A stretch of DNA of 29,806 nt from Candidatus Methylomirabilia bacterium (GTDB lineage: Bacteria > Methylomirabilota > Methylomirabilia > Rokubacteriales > CSP1-6), in contig JBGQHJ010000050.1 of NCBI GenBank assembly GCA_041497895.1, forward strand, positions 1-29,806. The letters are read 5' to 3'. Positions 17,701 to 26,239 of the stretch are shown piece by piece (within the stretch, counting starts at the first letter, position 1; every line of letters begins with the position of its first letter). The notes under the pieces were generated by a model. That model searched no databases and was not told the DNA's origin. It saw nothing but the letters and a program-made list of their open reading frames with translations. The translations under genes were made by a program, and so were the position numbers.

Positions 17701-18900
17701 GTGTCGAAGACCATCATCTTCTGCGCCGACGGGACGTGGAACGGGCCGGGGCAGGACGAGGAGCAGGAAGAGCAGGGCGGCCACCCGACGAACGTCTTCA
17801 AGGTCTTCCTGAACCTGGCGGGTGACCTGGCGGCCGGCACCCTACGGTCGGCCGACGAGCAGGAGCGGAGCCTTACGGGCGCCGACGGCCGGGCCACGCA
17901 GATCGCCAAGTACCTGCACGGAGTCGGCGATTCGAAGAACTTCCTGGTGCGGGCCCTCGGCGGCGGGGGTGGCGCGGGGCTCGTGACCCGGATCGTGCGC
18001 GGCTACACGTTCATCTCTCGGAACTTCGAGGCGGGCGACCGCATCTTCATCATCGGGTTCAGCCGGGGCGCGTACACCGCGCGGGCGCTGGGGGGCCTGA
18101 TCGCGGCGCGGGGGCTCCTGGATCCCCGCCGCAATGACCTCGAGACCGACCGCGCCCAGGCGTATCGCCTCGGGGCCGCGGAGTGGTTCACCTATCGGCG
18201 CGAGGCATTGAAGGGCAAGAAGAACCTGTTCCAGAAGCTGGCCGAGGTCGCGGTGGACCTGCCCGGGTTCCTCCAGGCAAACGCCACCGCGCCGAAGATC
18301 GCCGACGTCGAGATCGAGGCGGTCGTGGTATGGGACACGGTGGGATCGCTCGGGATCCCGGCCTACAACCTGAGGACCGATACCCAGCTCGACGCCTTCC
18401 AGTTCGCCGACCTGGCCCTGAGTCGGAAGGTGCGCCACGGGCTGCACGCGGTCTCGGTCGACGAGCAGCGCGCGAGCTTCACGCCGACCCTGTGGGATCC
18501 CGACGAGCGGATCACCCAGGTGCTCTTCCCCGGCGCCCACGCCGACGTCGGAGGGGGCTACCCGCAGAACGAGAGCGGCCTGTCGGACTGTGCCCTGCAG
18601 TGGGTCGTCGCCGAGTTGACGGCGCTGGGAGTGGCCTTCGCGCCGAACCCGACGGTTCCGCTCAAGCCCGATGCGTGCGGGATGGTCCACGCCCCTTGGG
18701 CCCAGGCGCCGTGGAACCTCTTGCCCAGGGGGCAGCGAGGGCTCCCGGCCGGCCTGGCCGTGCACCGGTCGGTGCTGGATCGGCTCCGCGGCGGAGACCG
18801 GCTGCGGGCGGCGGGGCTGGCGCTCTACCAGCCGGAGAGCCTGGCCGACGCCTATCTCTCGGGAGGGGAGATCAAGCCCGGGGTGCGCATCGTCGGGTGA
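17701..18900 (+). CDS. DUF2235 (Tle1-like) alpha/beta hydrolase
   Basis: AAAGGAG RBS, GTG at 17701. CADGTWN, TNVFK, Y.HGVG, GFSRGAYTAR, WDTV, HAVSVDEQR and FPGAHADVGGGY. Confidence 0.92.
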   Translation: MSKTIIFCADGTWNGPGQDEEQEEQGGHPTNVFKVFLNLAGDLAAGTLRSADEQERSLTGADGRATQIAKYLHGVGDSKNFLVRALGGGGGAGLVTRIVRGYTFISRNFEAGDRIFIIGFSRGAYTARALGGLIAARGLLDPRRNDLETDRAQAYRLGAAEWFTYRREALKGKKNLFQKLAEVAVDLPGFLQANATAPKIADVEIEAVVVWDTVGSLGIPAYNLRTDTQLDAFQFADLALSRKVRHGLHAVSVDEQRASFTPTLWDPDERITQVLFPGAHADVGGGYPQNESGLSDCALQWVVAELTALGVAFAPNPTVPLKPDACGMVHAPWAQAPWNLLPRGQRGLPAGLAVHRSVLDRLRGGDRLRAAGLALYQPESLADAYLSGGEIKPGVRIVG

Positions 18901-19622
18901 GCCCGGCCGCCCGCGGCGGCAGACGGTGCGTCGCCCCGCGGGCCGCGCTCGAGCCGGAGCGTCTCGATGTCGGCGATCACCACCTCGGGGTAGAGATAGG
19001 CGGTGCTGTAGATCTCGCGCACCACGCCGCGGGGATCGATCAGGAACACCTTGAGGACGTGGCTCACCGGATCGGGGTCGTCCGGTCGCCCCCCCGACGC
19101 GACCCGGACGTCCTGGCCGAAGCCCTCGAGCAGGGGAGCGAGGGCGTGGGGCGAGCGCGTGGTGAGGAAGTGCCACTCGACGCCCCGTGAAGCCTGCTCC
19201 CCCGCATACTGCCGCATCACCGTCGGCGTGTCGTGCCCCGGGTCGAAGGAGAGGGTGACGAGCCTCACGCGCGATCGGAGAGTGGCAGACCGCTCGACCG
19301 CGTCGCCGACCGCGTCGAAGACCCGGTAGGCGAGCGGACAGCCCCACGCGTCGGCGCACCGCGTGTACACGAAGCTCAGGAGCGTGATCTTGCCGGTCGT
19401 GAGCTCGGCGAGCGGCCGGGAGCGTCCCTCGAGGTCGACGACCGTGCCCCGCGGCGCGCGCATGATGGGATGCAGCGTGTAGGTGCCGGGGGCGGGGGGC
19501 ACGAAGTCCGCCTTCACCGGTGGCGGCTGATCGCGAGCCTCGTCGCCGTGGCCCCAGCTCGCGGTGGTGAGGGCCAGGACGGCCCCCACCACCAGCACCG
19601 ACTCGCGCAGCGAGCGTGGCAC
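18852..19622 (-). CDS. SCO1/SenC copper chaperone
   Basis: Signal peptide, SFVYTRCADAWGCP, LSFDPGHDTP, SHVLKVFLID. Directly downstream of mtoX, as in described mtoX clusters. Confidence 0.9.
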   Translation of the reverse strand: MPRSLRESVLVVGAVLALTTASWGHGDEARDQPPPVKADFVPPAPGTYTLHPIMRAPRGTVVDLEGRSRPLAELTTGKITLLSFVYTRCADAWGCPLAYRVFDAVGDAVERSATLRSRVRLVTLSFDPGHDTPTVMRQYAGEQASRGVEWHFLTTRSPHALAPLLEGFGQDVRVASGGRPDDPDPVSHVLKVFLIDPRGVVREIYSTAYLYPEVVIADIETLRLERGPRGDAPSAAAGGRAHPTMRTPGLISPPER

Positions 19623-19630
19623 GCGCGGAC

Positions 19631-20965
19631 CTATCGCGCGCTGGCGAGCGGCGCGCTCCGGTACGCGGCCTTGGTGGCCTTCGTGCCGAACTTCATGTGG
19701 TGCGCGCGGCCCAGCTTCTCCTTGTAGAAGTCGACCTCGAAGGTCGGGGTCAGCTCATGACCGTCCCACTTGAACGCCCGCACGAACTGCTCGTCGTCCG
19801 CGCCCGCCTTGTCCCAGCGGGCCAGCAGCGAGGACGAGATGTACACCCGCGTGCCGTCCCAGCTCTGGGAGATCATGTTGACCTGCTTGCCGGTCACCTT
19901 CTCGTAGGTCTGCCGCGGCTGCTCGGGATTGGTCAGGTCGAAGTAGCGGGTCTTGCCGTCCATGAAGGTGTTCACCCAGAGGCCGGTGCCGTCGTTGCGG
20001 ATGCTGATGTCCACCGGCAGCGGGATCTTCGCCGGGTCCCCGATCGTGGCCACCTCCTTGGCCTGCCACTCGCCGGCCGCGTCCGGCTTGACGAGCCAGA
20101 GCTTGGAGGTGAGCGCGGTCGCGGTGATCGCCCAGTTGTCGCCGTCCTTCAGCGACCAGCGGATCTCGAGCGGCGCGCCGGGGACGGCGAGGACCCGCTT
20201 GGGCTTCATGGCCTTGAGGTCCCACGCGACCATCGTGTTGCCGAAGCGCTTCATGGCCTCGGGGTTGGCGACGACCTTGCCCAGGTCCATCATGTAGTTG
20301 TTCCACCCGGTGAAGCTCGAGGTCAGCAGCACGTTCTTCTGCGGGTTGATCGCGATGTCGTAGCCGTAGCCGTCCCCGCCGTCCGTGGTCGGCATCGCGT
20401 AGGTGGTGATCAGCTCGCCCTTGTTGCTGTAGAGCGCCATGCCGGTCGTCCCGCCCTTGTCCTTGCGGTTGGACAGGCCCTGCACCAGCATCCGCCCGGG
20501 CAGCGCGTAGAAGGTGTGGGGGCCGACGTAGCCGGTCTTGGCCGGCATGTCGGTGATGCGCTTCACGATGCGCGGCTTCGCCGGGTCGGTGCCCACGTCG
20601 AAGACGAAGATCCGGCTGTCGTCGAGCCCGCCGGCCCACAGGAAGCGGCGATCGTCGGTGAAGCCCATGTGGTGGGCCTCGCCCCGGCCGCCCACCGAGA
20701 CCTTGTGGATCACCTTCCCGTAGCGAGGCGACGCCGGGTTGGCGTCGATGGTCACGAGCTTGTCCCATCCGTCGCCGACGCCTTTCACCCCCAGCGTCCA
20801 CACGTACACGTAGTCCTCCTGATTCTTGATCAGGTTGCCCATGTACGGGGAGTTGCAGGTCTCGTCGGCGAGCGCCGGCGGCGTCCAGGTCGAGACGAGG
20901 ACGGCCAGCAAAGCGACGAGCCACAGCCGGGACGCACAGAGTAAGCGAGCAGGAAATGGTGTCAT
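19631..20965 (-). CDS. mtoX: Methanethiol oxidase (SBP56/selenium-binding protein family), exported
   Basis: AAAGGAG RBS, ATG at 20965, signal peptide, then DETCNSP...DKLVT...GGRGEAHH.GFTDDRR...GPHTFYALPGRML...YGYD...FTGWNNY...PLEIRW...WDK...GRAHHMKF, motifs I recognise from bacterial MtoX. Confidence 0.92.
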   Translation of the reverse strand: MTPFPARLLCASRLWLVALLAVLVSTWTPPALADETCNSPYMGNLIKNQEDYVYVWTLGVKGVGDGWDKLVTIDANPASPRYGKVIHKVSVGGRGEAHHMGFTDDRRFLWAGGLDDSRIFVFDVGTDPAKPRIVKRITDMPAKTGYVGPHTFYALPGRMLVQGLSNRKDKGGTTGMALYSNKGELITTYAMPTTDGGDGYGYDIAINPQKNVLLTSSFTGWNNYMMDLGKVVANPEAMKRFGNTMVAWDLKAMKPKRVLAVPGAPLEIRWSLKDGDNWAITATALTSKLWLVKPDAAGEWQAKEVATIGDPAKIPLPVDISIRNDGTGLWVNTFMDGKTRYFDLTNPEQPRQTYEKVTGKQVNMISQSWDGTRVYISSSLLARWDKAGADDEQFVRAFKWDGHELTPTFEVDFYKEKLGRAHHMKFGTKATKAAYRSAPLASAR

Positions 20966-21134
20966 GAGCTTGTCTCCTTTAAATGGTGAGCCTCGACCGA
21001 GGCGGCTTCGGGTCGCTCGACGCCACCGGCCATGTCGGTATCGTGAACCGGGATTCCCCTTCTTGAACGATGGCCGACCATGGCGGCGTCGACCGCACTG
21101 GCCCTCCCGCAGGACAGCGCGACCGGGTTCCCGG

Positions 21135-21151
21135 AGCATCGGCAATGCCAA
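21135..21151 (-). promoter_or_regulatory. Sigma54 (-24/-12) promoter for mtoX-sco
   Basis: Minus strand reads TTGGCATTGCCGATGCT, which is GG-N10-GC with a TGGCA core. Confidence 0.7.
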
Positions 21152-21196
21152 GAGACTGGTCTCTCGGGAAAACGCCAAGTTGCGGCGCGGTCAGGC

Positions 21197-21245
21197 GACC
21201 GAGTCCGGGCACCGTGCCCGAATCGGGCAACGACGAGTCGGGCAC
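21197..21245. promoter_or_regulatory. Cluster of palindromic candidate enhancer (bEBP) sites
   Basis: TGCCCGA-A-TCGGGCA (21215-21229), CGGGCAC-C-GTGCCCG (21206-21220) and a further TCGGGCA half-site (21238-21244), about 55-95 bp upstream of the -24 box. Confidence 0.55.
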
Positions 21246-21283
21246 GGGACGAGCGGAGCGTCCCCGCCTCCTCGGGGTCGGGG

Positions 21284-22375
21284 CTAGCTCCGGCCCAGCT
21301 CGGCGACCGACTTCAACGGGGTGCCGTCCTTGCGGGTGATCGGGCGCCGCGCCGGCCAGGTCTGGTCGCCGAAGGTGGGCTGCCAGCAGGAATGCTTGCC
21401 CGCGCCGCCGGTCACGATGACGCTCAGGTCGTCCGGAGAGCGCACCGCGGGCACCATGGTGTCGGGCGCGTCCTTGGCCCCGCGCTGGATCAGATGGGCG
21501 CGGTACTCGTCGCCCAGGCGGGCCAGCGGAAAGCGGGCGTGCTCGAACAGGAACTCCTTCACCTGCCGCTTGGTGAAGCCGTCGCGGGCGATGGTGGCGG
21601 CGTGCTCGGGCCCGAGAGAGAGCAGGGGATGCCCGCCGGCCAGGATGTTGTTGCTGCCCGCCTGGCCCATGGCCCCCGCGACCACCTTGAGGATGCCGAG
21701 CCCGGTGTAGCTGAAGTGGTCCTGGATGTTGTGCGGGCCCTCGCAGGCGATCGCGGTGACCAGGCTCGTGTCGGCCGGGAATCCGTGCTCGACGTGCAGC
21801 GGCTCCCACGGGTTCGCCTCCTCGTTCTCGGCCACGCAGTAGGCGATCTTGGCCGGGCTGCCCTGGGTGGCACGGTCGCCGGTGCCGGGAAGCCCGCCGC
21901 CCACGTTCATCAGCAGGAGCCGGATCGCGCGTCCGATCGTGAGGTTGGCGCGGAAGCCCTGGCCGAAGGCGTTGTAGCCCGAGTTGATCCCGACCTCCCG
22001 CGCGATCGGCCCATTGACGATGATCAGGGGGGCCACCGGGTGCGTGGTGGCCTGGATCGAGTCGAGGTTGAACGCGGGATCGGCCAGCGCCTCGACCGCG
22101 GCGAGAATGACCGGCAGATATTCCGGTCGGCAGCCCGCCATGATCGCGTTGATCGCGATGCGCTCCGCCGTGGCCTCGCCTTGACGCGGTGGCAGCACCG
22201 CGACGACTTCCCGAGGCGCGCGGTCCGTGAATTGCAGGAATGCGTGCAGATCGTCCTCGGTGGGCGGCACGATCGGCAGCCCGTCCGTCCAGCCCTGGTC
22301 CTGGTAGTGGCGAAAGATCGCGGCGTAGTCGCCGCGAATCCGGAGCGTCCGCGCCGCCGGCCCGAGCGTGCTCAT
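21284..22375 (-). CDS. Conserved hypothetical protein of the family found next to UGSC selenoproteins
   Basis: GWTDGLPIVPPT, IAINAIMAGCRPEY, IIVNGPI, RANLTIGRA, AENEE..PW and GGAGKHS. ATGA-coupled to the selenoprotein. Confidence 0.85.
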   Translation of the reverse strand: MSTLGPAARTLRIRGDYAAIFRHYQDQGWTDGLPIVPPTEDDLHAFLQFTDRAPREVVAVLPPRQGEATAERIAINAIMAGCRPEYLPVILAAVEALADPAFNLDSIQATTHPVAPLIIVNGPIAREVGINSGYNAFGQGFRANLTIGRAIRLLLMNVGGGLPGTGDRATQGSPAKIAYCVAENEEANPWEPLHVEHGFPADTSLVTAIACEGPHNIQDHFSYTGLGILKVVAGAMGQAGSNNILAGGHPLLSLGPEHAATIARDGFTKRQVKEFLFEHARFPLARLGDEYRAHLIQRGAKDAPDTMVPAVRSPDDLSVIVTGGAGKHSCWQPTFGDQTWPARRPITRKDGTPLKSVAELGRS

Positions 22376-22899
22376 GCCCGGGTAACGGCTCGGCGCACTA
22401 CCTCGACCGCCAGCTCCGCCTTCTTCAGCACCTCGTCCTCGCGGATGCCGCCCAGCGGGTGGGGGATCAGGGCCAGGGGCAGGTCGGCGAGCCCGCGGTT
22501 CTTGGCCTCGAGCTTCGCGAGCTGCTCGAACTCATACGTTCCCATGACCACGGTGGGGATCCCCCGCTGCTCCAGCACGATGGCGCCGTGGATACTCCAC
22601 GACGTGCACGACCCTCAGTCGGCGCTGCCGACCAGGACGAAGTCGCACGTCGTGAGCGCGGCCAGGATGTCGGGGCTGGGCGCGCCCGCGATCCCCTTCT
22701 CGCGCTTGACGACGTCGCGGACGCCGTACTTCTCCTTGAGCCGCGCGGTCACCGCCAGCATCAGGGTGCCCGCGTTGGCCTTGCTGTTGTCGAGGATGCC
22801 CGCGCGCTTGCCCTCGAGGGAAGCCAGGCGGGGAGCCAGGCCGCTTTGAAGAATGCGCGGCTCGGCGGTGGGATCGTAGAGGATCTGCTCGTCGCTCAT
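22372..22899 (-). CDS. UGSC-family selenoprotein (175 aa; Sec at residue 95, U-x-x-C motif)
   Basis: One reading frame from ATG 22899 through the in-frame TGA at 22615-22617: ...VGSAD-U-GSCTSWSIHGAIVLEQRGIPTV... The ORF track splits it into two. ATGA overlaps occur at both ends. Confidence 0.9.
22584..22604 (-). promoter_or_regulatory. Bacterial SECIS-like hairpin
   Basis: CGUCGUGGA-GUA-UCCACGGCG: 9-bp stem with a G-initiated apical loop 19 nt after the UGA. Confidence 0.8.
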
Positions 22900-23396
22900 C
22901 GGGTGAGCTCCTTCCGCTCGTACAGCAGGGCCAGCATCCGGTCCACCCCCAGCTCGAGGCACCGCTTGATCTCGTCCCGCGTCGCGCGGTAGCGGTCCTC
23001 GCCCTGGCCGAACGGGTCGTCCACGTCGCCGGCCTCGCCGGCCAGCTCGTGCAGGGTCAGGATCGGCCGCCCCTGGGCCTCCTCGTAGGCGGCGATCGTC
23101 TCCTTCTGCTGCGCGGTCATGGTCACGATCAGGGCGGCCTCGGCCACGATGTCGCGATGGCGGCGCAGGTCGGTGGAGGCGAAGGCGTCCTCGGCCAGGT
23201 GGATGTCGTCCTCGCGCAGCACGATGCGCGCGTCGAGCGAGGGGATCATCCCGTCGCGGGCGTGGTTGGCGATGCCCCCCGACCGCACCCGCACCGCGTC
23301 GTGATGCTGTCGCTCGACCAGCATCTTCTCCAGGAGGACGTGAGCCATCACGCTGCGGCAGGTATTGGCGTGACAGACCAGGAGGACGCTGGTCAA
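22896..23396 (-). CDS. Low-molecular-weight protein tyrosine/arginine phosphatase family protein
   Basis: GGAGG RBS and TTG start overlapping the SDR stop. P-loop VCHANTCRS (CX5R) and general-acid DDPF motif. Confidence 0.88.
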   Translation of the reverse strand: MTSVLLVCHANTCRSVMAHVLLEKMLVERQHHDAVRVRSGGIANHARDGMIPSLDARIVLREDDIHLAEDAFASTDLRRHRDIVAEAALIVTMTAQQKETIAAYEEAQGRPILTLHELAGEAGDVDDPFGQGEDRYRATRDEIKRCLELGVDRMLALLYERKELTR

Positions 23397-24388
23397 CGCG
23401 CCTCCCAGGGCGACTGCCAGTACCGCACGCCCTTGGCGAGCTCCTTCCACTCCGCCTTGGGCCGCTCGCTCAGGCTCTTGCCGAAGTTGGTGCCGGGTGG
23501 CTCGTGGAGATTCTTGCCGAGGGTGTCCGGGAAGAGCTTGGCCAGCTCCTCGGGCTCGAGCTTGCGGTCCGCCTCGACGCGGCGAATCGGCTCGGGCAGA
23601 GCCATCAGGGTGTAGCCGTAGCCGAAGGAGTGGAAGACCTGCCCGTTGACGTGGCCCGCGCCCTCGCTCGCCAGGTAGACCACGAGCGGGGCCACGTTGT
23701 CCGGGTCGCGCTCGGTGCCGATGGCCTGCTCGCTCGGCCACTTCCCGGTCTGCTCGAAGACCTGCCGACCACGCGGCGTGGAATCGATCATGCGGGTCGC
23801 CCCGCTCGGCATGATCGCGTTCGACGTCACGTTGTACTTGGCCATCCCGTTGGCGGTGGACCAGGAGAGCCCGATGATGCCCGCCTTGGCCGCCCCGTAG
23901 TTGGGCTGCCCGGGCGACCCGAGCGCGGAGACCGACGACATCGAGATGATGCGCCCGTATTTCTGCTCGCGCATGTGAGGGGCGGCGGCCCGGGTGCAGA
24001 AGTAGGTGCCGTCCAGATGCACCGCGAGGACCGCGTCCCACTCCTCCTTGGCCATGTTGAAGATCATGCGGTCGCGCAGGATCCCGGCCACGTTGACGAG
24101 GATGTCGATGCGGCCGTAGGTCTTCACCACCTGCTCGACCATCTCGGTGGCCGCCTTGTGGTCGGCCACCGAGCCGTAGTTGGCCGACGCGGTGCCGCCG
24201 GCCTTGACGATCTCGTCCACCACCTGGGCGGCCGGCCCGGTGGCCACCCCTTCGCCGTCCAGGCCCGCACCCAGGTCGTTGACCACCACCTTGGCGCCGG
24301 CCTTGGCCAGCGCGATCGCGATGCCGCGGCCGATGCCGCGACCCGCGCCCGTCACGAGCGCGGCCCTGCCCTCGAGCAGCTTGGCCAT
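23393..24388 (-). CDS. SDR family oxidoreductase (MFE-2/HSD17B4-like)
   Basis: TGAGRGIG, VVVNDLG, AGILRDR, NYGAAK and a C-terminal extension. Confidence 0.92.
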   Translation of the reverse strand: MAKLLEGRAALVTGAGRGIGRGIAIALAKAGAKVVVNDLGAGLDGEGVATGPAAQVVDEIVKAGGTASANYGSVADHKAATEMVEQVVKTYGRIDILVNVAGILRDRMIFNMAKEEWDAVLAVHLDGTYFCTRAAAPHMREQKYGRIISMSSVSALGSPGQPNYGAAKAGIIGLSWSTANGMAKYNVTSNAIMPSGATRMIDSTPRGRQVFEQTGKWPSEQAIGTERDPDNVAPLVVYLASEGAGHVNGQVFHSFGYGYTLMALPEPIRRVEADRKLEPEELAKLFPDTLGKNLHEPPGTNFGKSLSERPKAEWKELAKGVRYWQSPWEAR

Positions 24389-24401
24389 GTCGGGTCTCCG
24401 T

Positions 24402-26117
24402 CTAGGCGGTCGCCCGCGCGAGCGGGCCGCGCAGGAGCCGTCCGGGGTGCGCGCCGGTGTGCTTGCCGTCGCGGAGCAGGATCTCGCCGTTGACCACGGT
24501 GGCCGCGATGCCGCGGGTGCGCTGGATCAGCCGCTTGGCCCCCGCGGGCAGGTCCCGCACCACCTCGGGCAGCTCGGCCGCGATGGTGTCGGGATCGAAG
24601 ACCACGAAGTCGGCGGCCATGCCCTCGCGGATCAGGCCGCGGTCGGTGAAGCCCCAGTACGAGGCGGGCACGAACGACAGCATGCGCACCGCCTGCTCGA
24701 GCGTCAGCGCCTGCTTGTTGCGCACCCAGTGGCTGAGGAGATAGGTCTGCAGCGAGCTGTCCATGAGCTGGGAGACGTGGGCCCCCGAGTCGGAGAAGGT
24801 GACCACCGCCTGCGGGTGCTTGATCAGCTCGATCGCCAGCTCCTGGTTCTCGTTGGCGATCGGCTGGAAGAAGAAGCGATCCATGTCCTTCTCCAGCGCG
24901 AGGTCGATCATGGCCTCGACCGGATCCACGCCCCGCTCGCGCGCGATCTCGGCCACCGACCGGTGCGGCGGGTCCACCGAGTCCATCACGAAGAGCCAGT
25001 CGTAGGCGGCCTGCCGGGCCTCGGTGCCGATGGCCTTCCGGTTGTCGCGCTCGCGCGCCGCCTCGACCAGCTTCTTGCGCAGCTCGGGGTCGCGCAGCCG
25101 CGTCTGCTGCTCGCCCAGCGGCAGCGCGCGCAGCTCCTTCCACACCGGCAGCCGGTCGAACGGGAGCTGGGTCTTGAACGAGAGCACCACGGAGAGCGCC
25201 CGGCTGTGCACCTGGGCGAACATGCGCCCGCCCGCGGCGTTGGTCTCCTCGATCAGCCGCACGTAGTGGCGCCACATGTCGGGCGCGTCCTTGCGGGTGA
25301 AGAGGCCGAAGGTGATGGGCCGGCCGGTCTCGACGGCCAGGGCCTTGAGCCGCTGGTGGTAGTCGGGCAGATCCGGGTGGTCCACCTTGCGGTCCACGCC
25401 CTCACCCGCCAGCTCGAAGATGCCCGCGTTCAGCTCACCCATCGCGCCGACCAGCCGCTGCACCTCGCTCCAGGAGGCCATCCGGCTCGCCACGGGGCGG
25501 GAATCTGGCGTCTCATGGCTGGGCGACCTGGAAGTCGTGAAGCCGATGGCCCCCGCCATCAGCGCGCTGCGCAGCTCGCGCTCCATGGCGGCCAGGTCGG
25601 CCTCGCTCGCGGCCTGCTCGAACGCGCGCTCGCCCATCACGTAGGTGCGGAGCGCGGAGTGGCCGATGTAGCCCGAGTAGTTGATGCCCTTCGGCAGCGA
25701 GTCGAGCGTGTCGAGGAACTCGGGGAAGGTGGTCCAGCGCCAGTCGATGCCGGCTTCCATGGCCTCGCCCGCGATGTCCTCCGCGCGCTCCAGGTTGCGG
25801 ATGACGAGGTGGCGATCCTTCTTTGCGCAAGGCGCGAGCGTGAAGCCGCAGTTGCCCATGACCACGCTGGTGATGCCGTGCCAGCAGGACGAGGTCCCGA
25901 GCGGATCCCAGAAGATCTGGGCGTCCATGTGGGTGTGCCCGTCCACGAACCCCGGCGCGACGACCCTGCCCTCCGCGTCGATGACTTCCTTGGCGCTTTC
26001 GCGGAGCCGGCCGATGGCGACGATCTTCCCGCCCTTCACGCCCACGTCTCCGCGGTACCGCGGCAGGCCGGATCCGTCCACCACCCATCCGTTCTTGATC
26101 AGCAGGTCATAAGCCAT
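24402..26117 (-). CDS. N-acyl-D-amino-acid deacylase family amidohydrolase
   Basis: YDLLIKNGWVVDGSG, PGFVDGHTH, GNCGF, SDSGAH and RGLIREGMAADFVVFD. GAGGAG RBS; alternative GTG start at 26120. Confidence 0.92.
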   Translation of the reverse strand: MAYDLLIKNGWVVDGSGLPRYRGDVGVKGGKIVAIGRLRESAKEVIDAEGRVVAPGFVDGHTHMDAQIFWDPLGTSSCWHGITSVVMGNCGFTLAPCAKKDRHLVIRNLERAEDIAGEAMEAGIDWRWTTFPEFLDTLDSLPKGINYSGYIGHSALRTYVMGERAFEQAASEADLAAMERELRSALMAGAIGFTTSRSPSHETPDSRPVASRMASWSEVQRLVGAMGELNAGIFELAGEGVDRKVDHPDLPDYHQRLKALAVETGRPITFGLFTRKDAPDMWRHYVRLIEETNAAGGRMFAQVHSRALSVVLSFKTQLPFDRLPVWKELRALPLGEQQTRLRDPELRKKLVEAARERDNRKAIGTEARQAAYDWLFVMDSVDPPHRSVAEIARERGVDPVEAMIDLALEKDMDRFFFQPIANENQELAIELIKHPQAVVTFSDSGAHVSQLMDSSLQTYLLSHWVRNKQALTLEQAVRMLSFVPASYWGFTDRGLIREGMAADFVVFDPDTIAAELPEVVRDLPAGAKRLIQRTRGIAATVVNGEILLRDGKHTGAHPGRLLRGPLARATA

Positions 26118-26239
26118 CACGCTGGCTCCTCTCCGCCCCGCCCGGGGGTCACTCTGGAAAACGGCCCCATGGTACCCTACCTGCCGGTCCCGCCACCAGA
26201 CGGGCCAAGCCGGCCCCTGCGGGCTCCGGGAGAGGGCAC

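Noticed and set aside
19631..21178. 515-aa N-terminally extended MtoX
   Set aside because: A strong RBS and signal peptide define ATG 20965. The extension covers the sigma54 promoter and UTR.
22372..22962. Pseudogene or two separate small genes
   Set aside because: The UGSC motif, the SECIS-like hairpin and coupling at both ends favour Sec readthrough.
22896..23396. Arsenate reductase ArsC
   Set aside because: The distal resolving Cys pair is absent and there are no ars genes nearby.
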